DNA of 63,996 nt, counting the filler, from Aduncisulcus paluster (taxonomy: Eukaryota): the NCBI GenBank assembly GCA_024181965.1. It is 12 parts of 12 records of this genome, joined end to end, with 100 filler letters (N's around TTAATTAATTAA, not from the genome) between each part and the next. Parts side by side here need not be neighbours in the genome. Positions count along the whole stretch, not along the records: positions 27,137 to 46,518 come from BQXS01011824.1; positions 46,619 to 50,786 come from BQXS01011825.1; 10 more parts are not named here. The stretch is one strand, 5' to 3'. The position numbers were made by a program, and so were the translations under genes. Shown here in pieces: positions 35,615-46,620 of the stretch. The notes beneath the pieces are model-generated. The model saw only the letters and a list, made by a program, of their open reading frames with translations. It was not told the origin of the DNA and searched no databases. Position 1 is the first letter of the stretch. Every line of letters begins with the position of its first letter.

Positions 35615-36571
35615 ATGTCCCAAAAGTTGAGTGTTGGCCTTATTCAATATGATAGTCTTCCTAATATTCAAGAAAACATTGATAACCTGTCTACTTTCAT
35701 ACCTATAATCAAGAAAAGTGGTGTCAGCACTCTCATGCTTCCAGAGCTGGTTTTTTCTCGGGGAAACAAAAAAGATTCGTTTTTTGCAGCTGATCAATCT
35801 GAATTATGCCTTGAATTTTCAAAATATCTTTCTAAATCATGTAATATCCATCTTCTTTCTCCAATCATACGTCATCCATCTCACGCTGGATCTACACAAT
35901 CAAACAAATCTAAATTATTAAATTCTTTGTATTCTATAACTCCTGATGGTGAAATTATTAATATTTATGATAAAATGCATATGTTTTCTTTCTCTACCCA
36001 TGAAGGATATACAATCCGTGAAAGCAAATCATTTTCACCCGGATCTACAACATGTAAAACGATATTGCCTGGATCATGGCATTGTGGAATGAGTATTTGT
36101 TATGATATGAGATTTCCTGAATTATACCGTTCGTATATGCGAGAATCTCCAGTTGATGTTTCTGTTATTCCTTCATGCATCACTCATGAAACGGGAACAG
36201 CACATTGGCATACTCTAACAAAGGCTCGTTCCATTGAGAATCAGACCTATGTTCTTTGTCCTGCGACATGTGGAGTGAATCGATCCACCGGACAATGCGC
36301 CTATGGTCATTCTATTGCATATGATCCTTGGGGAAAAGAAATGACCGGAAAGTTCTATAAGATGCCGACGCCACATAAAAATCCTCAGTCTAAACTGAAA
36401 AAATGGATCTATGATAGACAGGTTTCGAAGATCAAATGTGATATGAAGTGTGGGTTAGATGGAATTGAGCAGGGACTGTGGTGTGTTGAACTTGATAAGG
36501 ATGTTATATCAAAAACTCGTCGAAAATTATGTGTTTTGGATGATGCTAAATTTGATACTCTTGTTTTTTGA
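35615..36571 (+). CDS. NIT1: Carbon-nitrogen hydrolase, Nit1/Nit2 (deaminated glutathione amidase-like)
   Basis: Catalytic E-K-C triad in LPE, YDKMHMF, GMSICYDMRFPELYR; TGTAHWHTLTKARSIENQTYV; YGHSIAYDPWG. Confidence 0.85.
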   Translation: MSQKLSVGLIQYDSLPNIQENIDNLSTFIPIIKKSGVSTLMLPELVFSRGNKKDSFFAADQSELCLEFSKYLSKSCNIHLLSPIIRHPSHAGSTQSNKSKLLNSLYSITPDGEIINIYDKMHMFSFSTHEGYTIRESKSFSPGSTTCKTILPGSWHCGMSICYDMRFPELYRSYMRESPVDVSVIPSCITHETGTAHWHTLTKARSIENQTYVLCPATCGVNRSTGQCAYGHSIAYDPWGKEMTGKFYKMPTPHKNPQSKLKKWIYDRQVSKIKCDMKCGLDGIEQGLWCVELDKDVISKTRRKLCVLDDAKFDTLVF

Positions 36572-36582
36572 GACCTTGATAC

Positions 36583-36813
36583 ATGAATTTTGAGAAACAG
36601 AGACTCACTTTCACTCTTTCTAATGGTACAAGGATATCAAAGAAGTATGAATTCACAGAGATTGAATATGAATGGCACCTCCTTCCTGTTGATCAATGTG
36701 AGTCTTCTATTTTAAAACTTTTAACGTTTGAATTTTACTCTTGGTTTGGACTAAGTTATAATCAAAACAATAGGCGTATTCAGCGTGGAAATACCAATTT
36801 AGATGTTAGATAA
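36583..36813 (+). pseudogene. Fragment of the recurrent domain family
   Basis: LTFTLSNGTRISKKYEFTEIEYEWHLLPVD matches the family motif F-T-x-S-x-G-x3-K-x-Y...W-x2-F/L-P-V-D; the rest of the domain is absent. Confidence 0.5.
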
Positions 36814-36889
36814 ACAATAAACTCCAATATGTCCGTGATGAAGGGATACGGAAACATTTGAATATTTGAAAACAATATTGATGGGCATA

Positions 36890-37498
36890 TTATTGCACTT
36901 CTGCGAGTTTTAAGTTATATGTTCCAACAATTTCACCGTATGATAACACATGGTGATCAATATATTTTAAAATATCCTCCTTTTCAACAAGATTGAGTGG
37001 GATAGAACAATCAAGGGCAAAGATTCGGAAATAATATTTATGTGTTCCAAAAATAGGTCTTGGGGGGAGGTACATTCCTGGTTTGATTTCTTCTCTAAAT
37101 CCATCCCCGAAAGATATTCCCATGGCGGACATCTCTTCGATACTGATTGCATGCTCTAATTGATGAATATCCTTTCCAATGTTGGTTAATATCCAATGAT
37201 CAATTGTTAATATTCGAAAATGTGGACCCGGAGCGTCATAATCTGTGACCATCAGTAAAAATGATTCTGTTGCATCTGGAACATTATCCCAATATAATGA
37301 AGGTGAATCCCGTGTTGTTAGAGTTTTTCCATCATCAAATTCATCAGACCAAAGGTGAATGGTCCGCTTTGACAAGCCAAGCTCTTGTTCTATCCATTTA
37401 AACTCTCTACGCTGTTGAAAGAAGACAAATATGAGCCTTGATATTACAATGACTGCAATAAATATTACAGGAGAAGCAATTAACCAAACAATTTTCAT
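36890..37498 (-). CDS. YbhB/YbcL-type phosphatidylethanolamine-binding (PEBP) protein with N-terminal TM anchor
   Basis: SPSLYWDNVPDATESFLLMVTDYDAP, HWILTNI, YLPPRP.FGTHKYYFRIFALD; hydrophobic residues 3-27. Confidence 0.85.
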   Translation of the reverse strand: MKIVWLIASPVIFIAVIVISRLIFVFFQQRREFKWIEQELGLSKRTIHLWSDEFDDGKTLTTRDSPSLYWDNVPDATESFLLMVTDYDAPGPHFRILTIDHWILTNIGKDIHQLEHAISIEEMSAMGISFGDGFREEIKPGMYLPPRPIFGTHKYYFRIFALDCSIPLNLVEKEDILKYIDHHVLSYGEIVGTYNLKLAEVQ

Positions 37499-37599
37499 GC
37501 GTCACGAAAGGAAGAAGGGTCAACTTTGTTTTTGAAAAAGTTTTTCCCATTTGACAATAATAAAGATCAAAGAAAACCAATAAATTTATTGTAATTATC

Positions 37600-39861
37600 T
37601 TATTCTCCCCATTCAATGTGACCCAAAGAATTTCTCTTCAAGAATTCTCTCAAAATAAGGTTCTCAAGCTTCTCCTTGATGATCTCAATGTTATCGATCT
37701 TTGTGTACTTACTGACTTCCTCTTGAGTGAGCTTAACGAGAGCTGTGGCAGCAATCTTCTTACCAGGAGCAAATTTAACCAGACGCATAAGGCAAGAGAG
37801 AATGAGATCGCTGGGTTCAGGTCCAGTGTCTTCCTTTTCTTTGGGCTCAAGCTCTTTGACAAGCTTCTCCATGATTTCCTTTTGCTTTTCTTTTGAGATC
37901 ATATGTCCAGAGATCTTCAACTCATCGCCAGCGAAACCTGACATAACGGCAACACGAACATCTTCCTCCTCATCGAGTTCTTCATCATCAAGGCCATCAG
38001 CATAGATGATACCGGATTCATGGAGCATTTCAAGGGCACTTCTGACAACAGACTCGGCCAGCTTGGTCTTCTCAATAATAGTTTTCATTGGAACAACTTC
38101 TGTTCCACCGAGGGCACCCAAAACAACGGCACAGTGGGTGGGAACAGTACATTTGATGACACGGTCAGCAATACCACGCCAATCTCCCTCCACAGTACCC
38201 ATATCAGTTCGAATGAACACCTTCTTACGCTTTGTATCCTTCATACCAATGTAATGCTTGATAACACGCTCGGCATCAGCCTTGAGAAGTTCGGGAATTT
38301 CCTCCTTGGCCTTTCCTTCGGGATTGAATGGCCAAAGAACCTCGGTAAGGACCTGAAGATGAACAGGTTGCTCCTTCTTGGCAGCAATAAGGGTCTGAAG
38401 ACGAGTGTCATCAATGATGTTCTGTTTGGAGTCCTGAACCATGGTCTCAAGAGGGTAGATAAGAGCCTGACCAAAGACATCATTGAGTTGCTTAACAAGG
38501 CTAGCCTCAGCATCGTAGTGAGGGGGAGACATCATCATAAGACGCTTGGCAAGGTTTTCTTGGGCAAGCTTGATGAAGGCCTCGGGAGATGGCAAGAAAC
38601 GGCATAGATCGACAACGCTGGAAAGAACCTTGCCAAAACCACCCTCGGGGACTTCAGGGTTGGAAAGGTGGATGTCAACAAAGATGGAAAGTAAGTGAGC
38701 AATGATAGGAACAACAGCAATCTGTTCAGAGAAGACAGAGTTCACACCAGAGACAAATGGATGCTTCTGAGCAGCGAACACACGCTCGGCGTAATCAGAA
38801 AAGAATTGACGGGTCAAAATAATCTCAGTGATGGCTTCAGTGGGCTTGTTTGTGAGAACTTCGACATTCTTAAGAGTTTTCATAGTCTCGGTCTTGTAAA
38901 GTTCACAGAAAGCCTTGCACATCTTCTTGACACCCTTTTGAACGGGGATGGCAAGACGAAGGAGACGTTGGGCATCGTGATACTGTTTGTTCAAGATAAT
39001 CTTGTTGAATTGTTCGGATAACAAATCATCCCAATGCTCATCGATGAATTTGTTGTGGATAATGTGGAGGGCTTGAATAGCGGTGGCCTGGTCAATATCT
39101 AAGGCCTGAACAAAGATGGATTCGGCGACAACAGTACGTTCAGCAAGTTGAAGGAATGGAACCATCTCGGAAGGGTTGGCAGTAGAAACCAATTCATCAA
39201 TAACCTGATTGACTCCCTTAATAAAAGGTTTGGCCAAGATTCTGTTATATATATGGGATCCAATTTGCTTCAAGAAGTCAATAAGCTCTCTTACAACACT
39301 TAATCTCTCCTGGGGGAAGGGAAGCTCGACATCCTCACCACCAATGAGTTTTTCACAGATAGTGTATCCTTCTTTGCGTTCTTTGATGGTAAAGTCAAGG
39401 AAAGCATCGGATAAATTACTGGTAACACTCTTGTTTTCAATGACAATTGCAGAGAAGAGTTTTAAACCAAGGGAAAAAGAAGATTCCAAGGATTCAGAAG
39501 AATAACGGATAGCATATACTCTATCGGCATATGAAAACAGACCTTCAGTTACTTTCAAAGCTTTATAGAAGGATGACCAATCCTGAGCCAGAGACAGCAA
39601 AAGATCATAACCAACAACCTTAGAAATTTTGGAAGCGACAACATCCAAGTGAGTTTGGAAAAAATCCCTAAGGGAATCAAATAAAAACTTCTCTTCGTTC
39701 ATATTACAGAGTTTGTAAATCAATTCATAACTAGTTTCAAAGGAATCTCCTTCAAGACAATTCTCAATAATACTAGTCAAGGTCTTTTGAATATCAGCCC
39801 ACATAGCTCCCTTATCAATGGCTTCATGGGAAGGAATGCTAAATAGAGTGTTCGCAATCAT
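37600..39861 (-). CDS. Cullin family scaffold protein
   Basis: SFETSYELIYKLC, LFSYADRVY, FIKLAQENLAKRLM, EASLVKQL, LETMVQD, LQVLTEVLWP, LMRLVK (neddylation-site position), IKEKLENLILREFLKR. Confidence 0.88.
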   Translation of the reverse strand: MIANTLFSIPSHEAIDKGAMWADIQKTLTSIIENCLEGDSFETSYELIYKLCNMNEEKFLFDSLRDFFQTHLDVVASKISKVVGYDLLLSLAQDWSSFYKALKVTEGLFSYADRVYAIRYSSESLESSFSLGLKLFSAIVIENKSVTSNLSDAFLDFTIKERKEGYTICEKLIGGEDVELPFPQERLSVVRELIDFLKQIGSHIYNRILAKPFIKGVNQVIDELVSTANPSEMVPFLQLAERTVVAESIFVQALDIDQATAIQALHIIHNKFIDEHWDDLLSEQFNKIILNKQYHDAQRLLRLAIPVQKGVKKMCKAFCELYKTETMKTLKNVEVLTNKPTEAITEIILTRQFFSDYAERVFAAQKHPFVSGVNSVFSEQIAVVPIIAHLLSIFVDIHLSNPEVPEGGFGKVLSSVVDLCRFLPSPEAFIKLAQENLAKRLMMMSPPHYDAEASLVKQLNDVFGQALIYPLETMVQDSKQNIIDDTRLQTLIAAKKEQPVHLQVLTEVLWPFNPEGKAKEEIPELLKADAERVIKHYIGMKDTKRKKVFIRTDMGTVEGDWRGIADRVIKCTVPTHCAVVLGALGGTEVVPMKTIIEKTKLAESVVRSALEMLHESGIIYADGLDDEELDEEEDVRVAVMSGFAGDELKISGHMISKEKQKEIMEKLVKELEPKEKEDTGPEPSDLILSCLMRLVKFAPGKKIAATALVKLTQEEVSKYTKIDNIEIIKEKLENLILREFLKRNSLGHIEWGE

Positions 39862-40550
39862 TTTATATCCGAATGTTGGCCAAAAACAAGAAACGACAAA
39901 ATCGGCTGAACAAGTTGCAATGAAGAAGGAGAGCTAAAGGATAAGACCACAATAAAAATAATGATTTTATGCAAAAATCTTTTATTTTGCAATTGATTTC
40001 TTCTTATATTAAAAAAACTCTCCAATCTCGATACATTGCATGTCCGTGACAAAATTCTCAAAAAAACAGCCAACTCCAGTAAGATAGCTAAAATACATTT
40101 TAATACCGAATAGAAAACGACAGTAAATAAAATATATACAATAAAATTGTTCATTTATTTTGTTAATCGACGATCTGCATCGGATCCAGTGAGAGCCTCT
40201 CACTCCCTGAGGGAAGATTATCTGGACTCCTTCCAGTCTCAGTTTCGTCATTTGTGGGGGGAATTATGTCTCCTTGACCGGATTCTTCATTTTCATTACT
40301 TTTTCAAGTCACATTTCTTCTCCTCATCCTTAATAATGCATTGGAGGAGTCTTAAAATAATAGTAAAGATTCACTTACAAGTATCATGGCTACAAGGAGA
40401 TTTCAAATAAGATAGAGATTTTTCTATGAACTCCAACTTACAACACAGGTATTGAAATAGTGAACGAATGAACTAATCATTATGGGAAACATTGCTGGAA
40501 TTATCATTATCATATTATTATTATACTATTATCAAACTCTCTCTTTGTAT

Positions 40551-41637
40551 CTAAAGATCATCAAGTTCAGGATCATCACCATCCAGATCAAAGGGAATAA
40601 TAGTCCCGAAATACAAATGCTGCATTACTGGGAACTTTCCAAGGGTTTCATCAATCCAATATTCCCAACAAGCAACACGAACAGCCTTCCAAGTGGGTTT
40701 TCTGCACATGTCAACCAAGACGGGGGCACATTCTTTCAGCCTTGTGCTCTTACTGCGTGCAACAAAGTCAACGAGATCAATGAACAAGTATTCTCCCCTG
40801 AAATATTTAGCATCGCCACCAGGACTTGGGAGATCTGTCGCAAAGTCAAGGCAATGTCTTGGGTCAAGGTCATCAGGGTTACGCTCAAGTTGGGCAGCTC
40901 CAAAGAGGAAAGCAATGGATTGGAAATCATCAAGGCCCCATACACCATGGGAACCAGCAGGCTCAAGCGTGTAGATTACCTGGATTCTACGGCAGAGTTG
41001 GAGGTATTCTTCAAAGGCATATAAGAGAACTTCTCGCATCGATTCCTTGGGGATAAATTTCAATCTGAATAAACAACACAAAAAGACAAAGAAATTCGTC
41101 TCATGTCCAGTTCCATAATCAAGACGAAGTTCAGAACCAAAGGATTCTTGAACATAGTATTTCAATTCAATAATAGCAGGATGAAGTTCTTCAGGTAGTA
41201 ATTTAGCAAGAAGCTCGGGAAGAGCTTTTCCTAATTTCTTATAAAAAACAGCAAAGGATGTATTTCCAAAACGAACACGAATAGGAGAAGGGGGAGTATC
41301 CTTGAATATGGCGGCAATTTCTTTCACAAATGTACAAACCTTTTCAACATTCTTCGATTGAATAAATGAGAGTTGATGGTTCAAGCGATTGAGGAAGACC
41401 ATGACATGGGATAAAACAAAATATTAAACGGGTCAAAAATAACGTAATAATGTATAAACATAAACATACTTTATCTTTCAAAGGTGTATTTGTCCTTGTA
41501 TAAGCTCCCTGTAAAGATTCACAACCAAGACGAGCAAATTCCAAAAGAAGGTAATATCCTGGAGAACTGGAAAAATTATCCATATCTCTTGAATGCCCAA
41601 TGCGTTTTGTGGGAGCTTTGAATTCAACTTTATCCAT
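40551..41637 (-). CDS. PTPA: PP2A phosphatase activator (PTPA/Rrd); exon 1 41637-41470, intron 41469-41352
   Basis: RFGNTSF, SFGSELRLDYGTGHE, YTLEPAGSHGVWGLDDFQ, LFGAAQL, TLGKFPVMQHLYFGTII; upstream exon MDKVEFKAPTKRI joins in frame. Confidence 0.93.
41352..41469 (-). other. Spliceosomal intron, 118 nt, phase 0
   Basis: GTATGT...TCGAAG; the first AG after the donor gives an in-frame join PLKDK|NVEKV. Confidence 0.8.
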
Positions 41638-41953
41638 TTTTTTGTAATTTGGGACAAAACGAACGATCAACAATCTATTTCCCCATCATAAAAGTTCTGT
41701 AACAAGATTCCCTGTGAAAGAATATAATCACACCAAGTTATATCATATCTTATCATCTATTATTTTCAAAAATATCTTGAACTCTCTTGAATGAATCGAG
41801 TCACTAGCAAGTTATTCCTTGAATAATGCCATGAATAGCTAATAAAAATTGTATTATTTTATTAACAATAATGCCATTTATATTGATTTTTGACTTTATT
41901 AAAACTATCTGAGAAATAACAAAATTGATCGATCCTTTGCCAGCATATTGAAC

Positions 41954-42870
41954 ATGGACGGTATGTAATGCGGGTATATTTTTGTTTTATTTTCAATTAT
42001 CTATATCTTCTTCCAAAATATTAACCTTTTCAACGATATTTTTTTATTCATCGAATAGACTTTGATCTGGATGGTCTTGAAGGTCTTGATGATCTCGAAG
42101 GAGGATTCGATGATTTAGGAGATGAATTAGGAGGAGATCTCGAAGATTTTGATATTGGTGCTGATGATGCTCCAAAAGAGGATTGGGAAAAGCAAGCTGA
42201 TGCTAAGATAGCCGTGGAAGAGGAGAAAACAAGACAACGTCAAGAGCGTGAGAATGAAAAGAAACGTCGTGAAGAGCGTCGTCTTAGAATGAAAGGAGTT
42301 TCTGCCGATTCTGTTGTGACTGACTCCGATCAACGTATTCGTGAGAAGAGAAGGAACCAGGAAAGACAAGCCCTTCAAGATGTTGATGACCTTGTTCAAG
42401 GAATGGACTTTGAAGAGGATTCTGAAGGTGGAGTACGTGTTGAAGATGAAGAGAATGAATTTATGGGCGAGACTGCCGAAGAAAAGGATGAAAAGAAGGC
42501 TTCTGAGGTTCACTCAATTGATGAATATAATCCAACAACTTCCGCCGGCTTGAAAAAGCTTGGGAGAATGATTATTGATAAAATTGTTCCCTTTTCTGAA
42601 ATCAAGGACTGGGATATTCAATTTGTCGAGATGCTCAAGGATATTTGCCGTGAATGTTTACAGTCAAAAGGTTTGTTCCCCGAGGATGCTAAGAGTTTAG
42701 CTGCAACTTGTAACTCTGTGTATTCCCAAAGAATCAAAGATGAAAGAGATGCTAAAAAGAATAAGAAAAAGAGTAAGGGGAAGCCCAAGCTTAAAAGATC
42801 GAGAAATATTTCTGATGACTTGGACGATAAAGATCCATTGGCAGATGATGATGATGATTTCTTTATGTAA
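41954..42870 (+). CDS. EIF3J: Translation initiation factor eIF3 subunit J; exon 1 41954-41960, intron 41961-42058
   Basis: Acidic N-terminus with EDWE, IDEYNPTT..GLKKLGRMIIDKI, EDAKSLAATCNSV, basic K-rich tract, C-terminal DDDFFM. Confidence 0.8.
41961..42058 (+). other. Spliceosomal intron, 98 nt, phase 1
   Basis: ATGGACG|GTATGT...AATAG|AC supplies the missing start codon in frame. Confidence 0.85.
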
Positions 42871-43284
42871 TCTCTTCTTATCTATACATTCTAGCAGTTC
42901 CAATCATAATTGAAAAATAGTAATAAATCTTTGGTCATCCTTTTTATGAAATAATTNNNNNNNNNNNNNNNNNNNNCGTGAATGTTTACAGTCAAAAGGT
43001 TTGTTCCCCGAGGATGCTAAGAGTTTAGCTGCAACTTGTAACTCTGTGTATTCCCAAAGAATAAAAGATGAAAGAGATGCTAAAAAGAATAAGAAAAAGA
43101 GTAAGGGGAAGCCCAAGCTTAAAAGATCGAGAAATATTTCTGATGACTTGGACGATAAAGATCCATTGGCAGATGATGATGATGATTTCTTTATGTAATC
43201 TCTTCTTATCTATACATTCTAGCAGTTCCAATCATAATTGAAAAATAGTAATAAATCTTTGGTCATCCTTTTTATGAAATAATT
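42649..43284. repeat. Gap-flanking duplication 42649-42956 = 42977-43284 (second eIF3j 3' end)
   Basis: 308-bp copies around a 20-N gap; one C/A difference at 42735/43063. Confidence 0.9.
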
Positions 43285-43397
43285 TGACACGCATTTTTGC
43301 GGATTTTATGCTTGTATAAGGTATATAAACGATATTTACTTTGTGGATTCTCGAAGAAAAAAAAACATATTAATTTCGTCAAATACACCATAATACA

Positions 43398-45334
43398 ATG
43401 CTATCTCATGGAGAATGTATGTATATTTTTAAATACTTTTATGTGTAAATCATTTTCAGAGATTATTTTTTTAATTACATCTTTGTTTTACAGACCTTCA
43501 ATTTATAGAGGAATCGGAGGAATTCTGGCGGGCAAGACTCGCTGCAAAAGAAGAAATATTAAAGCCCCAATATAAAATATCAACATTATCTCGAAAACTC
43601 CCATCCATTCTTGATTCCCATATGACCGATCCCATTCGTGATGTTGGCAGTAGATATATGTCAATAGTTAGGAGTGAAGCTCAAAATAAGGAGACATCAA
43701 TTCTTCCACCATCTCTTCGCGCAGGATTAGCAATTGAAAAAAGGAAAAAAAAGATCGAGGCGAATAAGTCGTCTTCTTCTGTAACTTCAAAATCTACTTC
43801 TCTCCCTCTTGTTACTCCATCATCAACACTTCTTACTCCAAGTTCTCATTACTTTATTTCATTAATATCAAGAAAACTCAATAATGTTCTTGAGAAACGA
43901 GCTCAAGATGTATCAAAACAGTTAAGAATTCCTCTTATTCGTGAAAACGAATATTTAATGAAGAAACGCCGTGCACTGCCCGAAGATTCTGCCGATTCTG
44001 CTGATAAAAAGACTCTCAAATCGAAAAGTTCCAAGTCTTCTCTCAGCGGTAGTGAACAAGATGAAGAAGAGCTCTATGAAGAGGCGTATGATGCGATAAT
44101 TGTACGTGAACAGGAACTATCTGAGTGCTTTTTATACCAACCAAATGACATATATGACTTTTTCGTGGAGGAGATGAAGGATATTCCTCATAAAGCTGAT
44201 TCGTCCATGTTTCGAGTTACAAAGGAACAAGGTGGGTTTACGACAATATTCAACCTTGATCTTGTGTCCTTTGATGAATTAGATGTGGACTGTCTCTCCT
44301 CTCGATTCAAAGGTCTTCATCCATCCTGTAGGCAATGCGGAGACGATGACAAGGAGCTTGGATGGTTCGCAGAGTATTCTCACCGCCAATTCTCGTCGTA
44401 TCTTACATCAAGCTCACGTATGACAGAATTTGAAATGAGGGAGAAGATGCAAAGTGGAGTTCCCCATGGTCAACGAAAGAAAGCTTGGGGCAGAGTTCTC
44501 AATATTCCTTCCTTATACCAGTCAACCTCCTCGTCTTCGTCTCGATATTCTGCTTTTCTCGACTCCGTCAACACGTTTCTCGATGAAGCCTTTGTCAATT
44601 CGATTACTCACCCCACGCTTACCGACACTCTCATTCGTATGGATATTCGTGCATGTGTGACCAATGAATTCTATTTTGTTTTTGAGAGTGAAATATCTGA
44701 TGTTATGTGTGCTCTTGTCCGGGACGACGAACTTTTGATGTGTCTAAAGAAAGATTCACTCGGAATGGGAAAAGGCAAATATTCACACCATACTTATGAC
44801 CATACATCTTCTACGCTCCCTCCATCTTGCTCGATCCTTCCTTTCAAAGGAATATCGCTATTCTTTGCTCCTTTCTTCTTCCTCACATCAAACACTGCGG
44901 AGGCCTATGTTCTTGGGAAAGAAATGTATCTGAGATATTTCCATCGCTTGCATACTTTCAACAGCATTAAGGGAGGTTACTTGCACTTGATCGAACTCAC
45001 TGATGTCCTTGTGAAGACAAAGAATAGACAACTCAGTGAAAGTCTGAGAGAAATGAAATTAGAGGTTCCTGAACTTGTAACACCATGGATAGTGAGTGGA
45101 TTCAGTGGTTATCTCCGCCCTGAAGAGTATTTTGTCCTCTGGGACCGAGTTCTTGCATTCGACAGCACTCTTCTCCTTGCTTATCTGAGTGCGGCTGTTC
45201 TTTTGTCCAAGAGCAAGACAATATCTCAATTCCACAACGAAAGTGATGTGCGTTGCGTGACTGGTGATTTTTCAACGATCTCTGTCATTCCCCTCCTCCA
45301 GAATATCATGTTTGATGATGAATGGGTTCAATAG
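43398..45334 (+). CDS. TBC1D19: TBC-domain protein TBC1D19 homolog; exon 1 43398-43416, intron 43417-43493
   Basis: RQCGDDD, GVPHGQRKKAW, DTLIRMDI...NEFYFVFE, PPS.SILPFKG.SLFFAP, EMYLRYFHRLH, FSGYL..EE..VLWDRVLAFDS. Confidence 0.85.
43417..43493 (+). other. Spliceosomal intron, 77 nt, phase 1
   Basis: GTATGT...TTTTACAG; joins MLSHGE to an open frame continuous with the ORF at 43622. Confidence 0.8.
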
Positions 45335-46002
45335 ATTATGATGGTGAAGAGGTTTCATATTTAATATAATTATTTATTTGAATTGAAGGACATACTGAAT
45401 GGTATTATCTCCCTAATGTAGTAATCACAAGTACTCATTATCGTTTGCGTGAAATTGCTTGATTACTTATATTTTGACAAAAAACAGCGATCAAAGTTAT
45501 ATCACGATATAAACTATCGATTGGGAACCGGTCCCAACTCCGTCTCCAACCAGACCTTTGGTTGTTCATGGAAGAAATTCTCAGCCTCTAGTTGCACTCG
45601 TTAAATTGTAGCCTTTATGGTATCATCAAGAGCACGCATTGGTTTTTAGAATGAAACCCCCGTTTTTAACAACCATCATTCATGGTAGATGATTTTCCCT
45701 CCTGAATTGGATCATTGTTTCTTCTATCCCTATCAAGGGTATAAAACTCGATTTGGCAAATAGAAATAGATAATCTGTTTTATTAAATGTGTCAATGAAT
45801 ATTTCTATGGATGTTATCTTTATCGGAAGAGTATATAAAGAAACAGCTTTTTACACATCAAAATAAATTTACCAAAATGAGGATATGTTCTTAATAAAAT
45901 ATTTTGTTATTATTTTTCGATAAAAATGGTGTTTTCTTAATCTTGTCGGATGAAGATATACTTCGTTCGGAACCAATGGATTTTCAATCAACATTTTTGT
46001 AA

Positions 46003-46518
46003 ATGGAAGACGAGGAAATCAGAAGGTTTGCCCTCCGTAAGCAAATGGCTGCCCTTGAAGCTGCCCGTGGTGCGGGGACTTCGATGATCTCATTGATTAT
46101 ACCTCCCACAGAACAGATTTCGCGAGTTGCCAAGATGCTTACCGATGAAGCCGGCACTGCGAGTAATATTAAGAGTAGAGTTAATCGTCAATCTGTTTTA
46201 GGTGCTATTGCCAGTGCTTCTCAAAAGCTTAAGCTTTATTCAAAGATTCCTGAGAATGGACTCGTTATATTTGTTGGGACTGTTTTAACGGAAGAAGGAA
46301 AAGAGAAAAAGCTCAATATTGATTTTGAACCATTCAAACCTGTTCATACGTTTTTGTACCTTTGCGATAACAAATTCCACACAGAACCTCTTCAGAGCCT
46401 TCTGACGGCCGATTCAGCCTTTGGTTTTATTGTTGTTGATGGGCACGGTGTGCTCTACGGCACTATCTGCGGTGCCGCCAGAACTGTTTTGCAAAAGATC
46501 CCTGTCCAGCTTCCAAAG
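46003..46518 (+). CDS. ETF1: Eukaryotic peptide chain release factor 1, 3'-partial
   Basis: [45 protein letters not shown]; truncated just before GGQ. Confidence 0.97.
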
Positions 46519-46620
46519 NNNNNNNNNNNNNNNNNNNNNNNNNNNNNNNNNNNNNNNNNNNNTTAATTAATTAANNNNNNNNNNNNNNNNNNNNNNNNNN
46601 NNNNNNNNNNNNNNNNNNTC

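Noticed and set aside
40009..40410. Short ORFs between the cullin and PTPA genes
   Set aside because: No recognisable motifs and inconsistent frames; at most a decayed fragment
43001..43198. Second eIF3j-like gene
   Set aside because: Copy of the 3' end across a 20-N gap
45521..45630. Small hairpins and a minus-strand TGATGA...CTGA pair as a C/D snoRNA
   Set aside because: No terminal stem or recognisable rRNA guide; short motifs like these arise by chance
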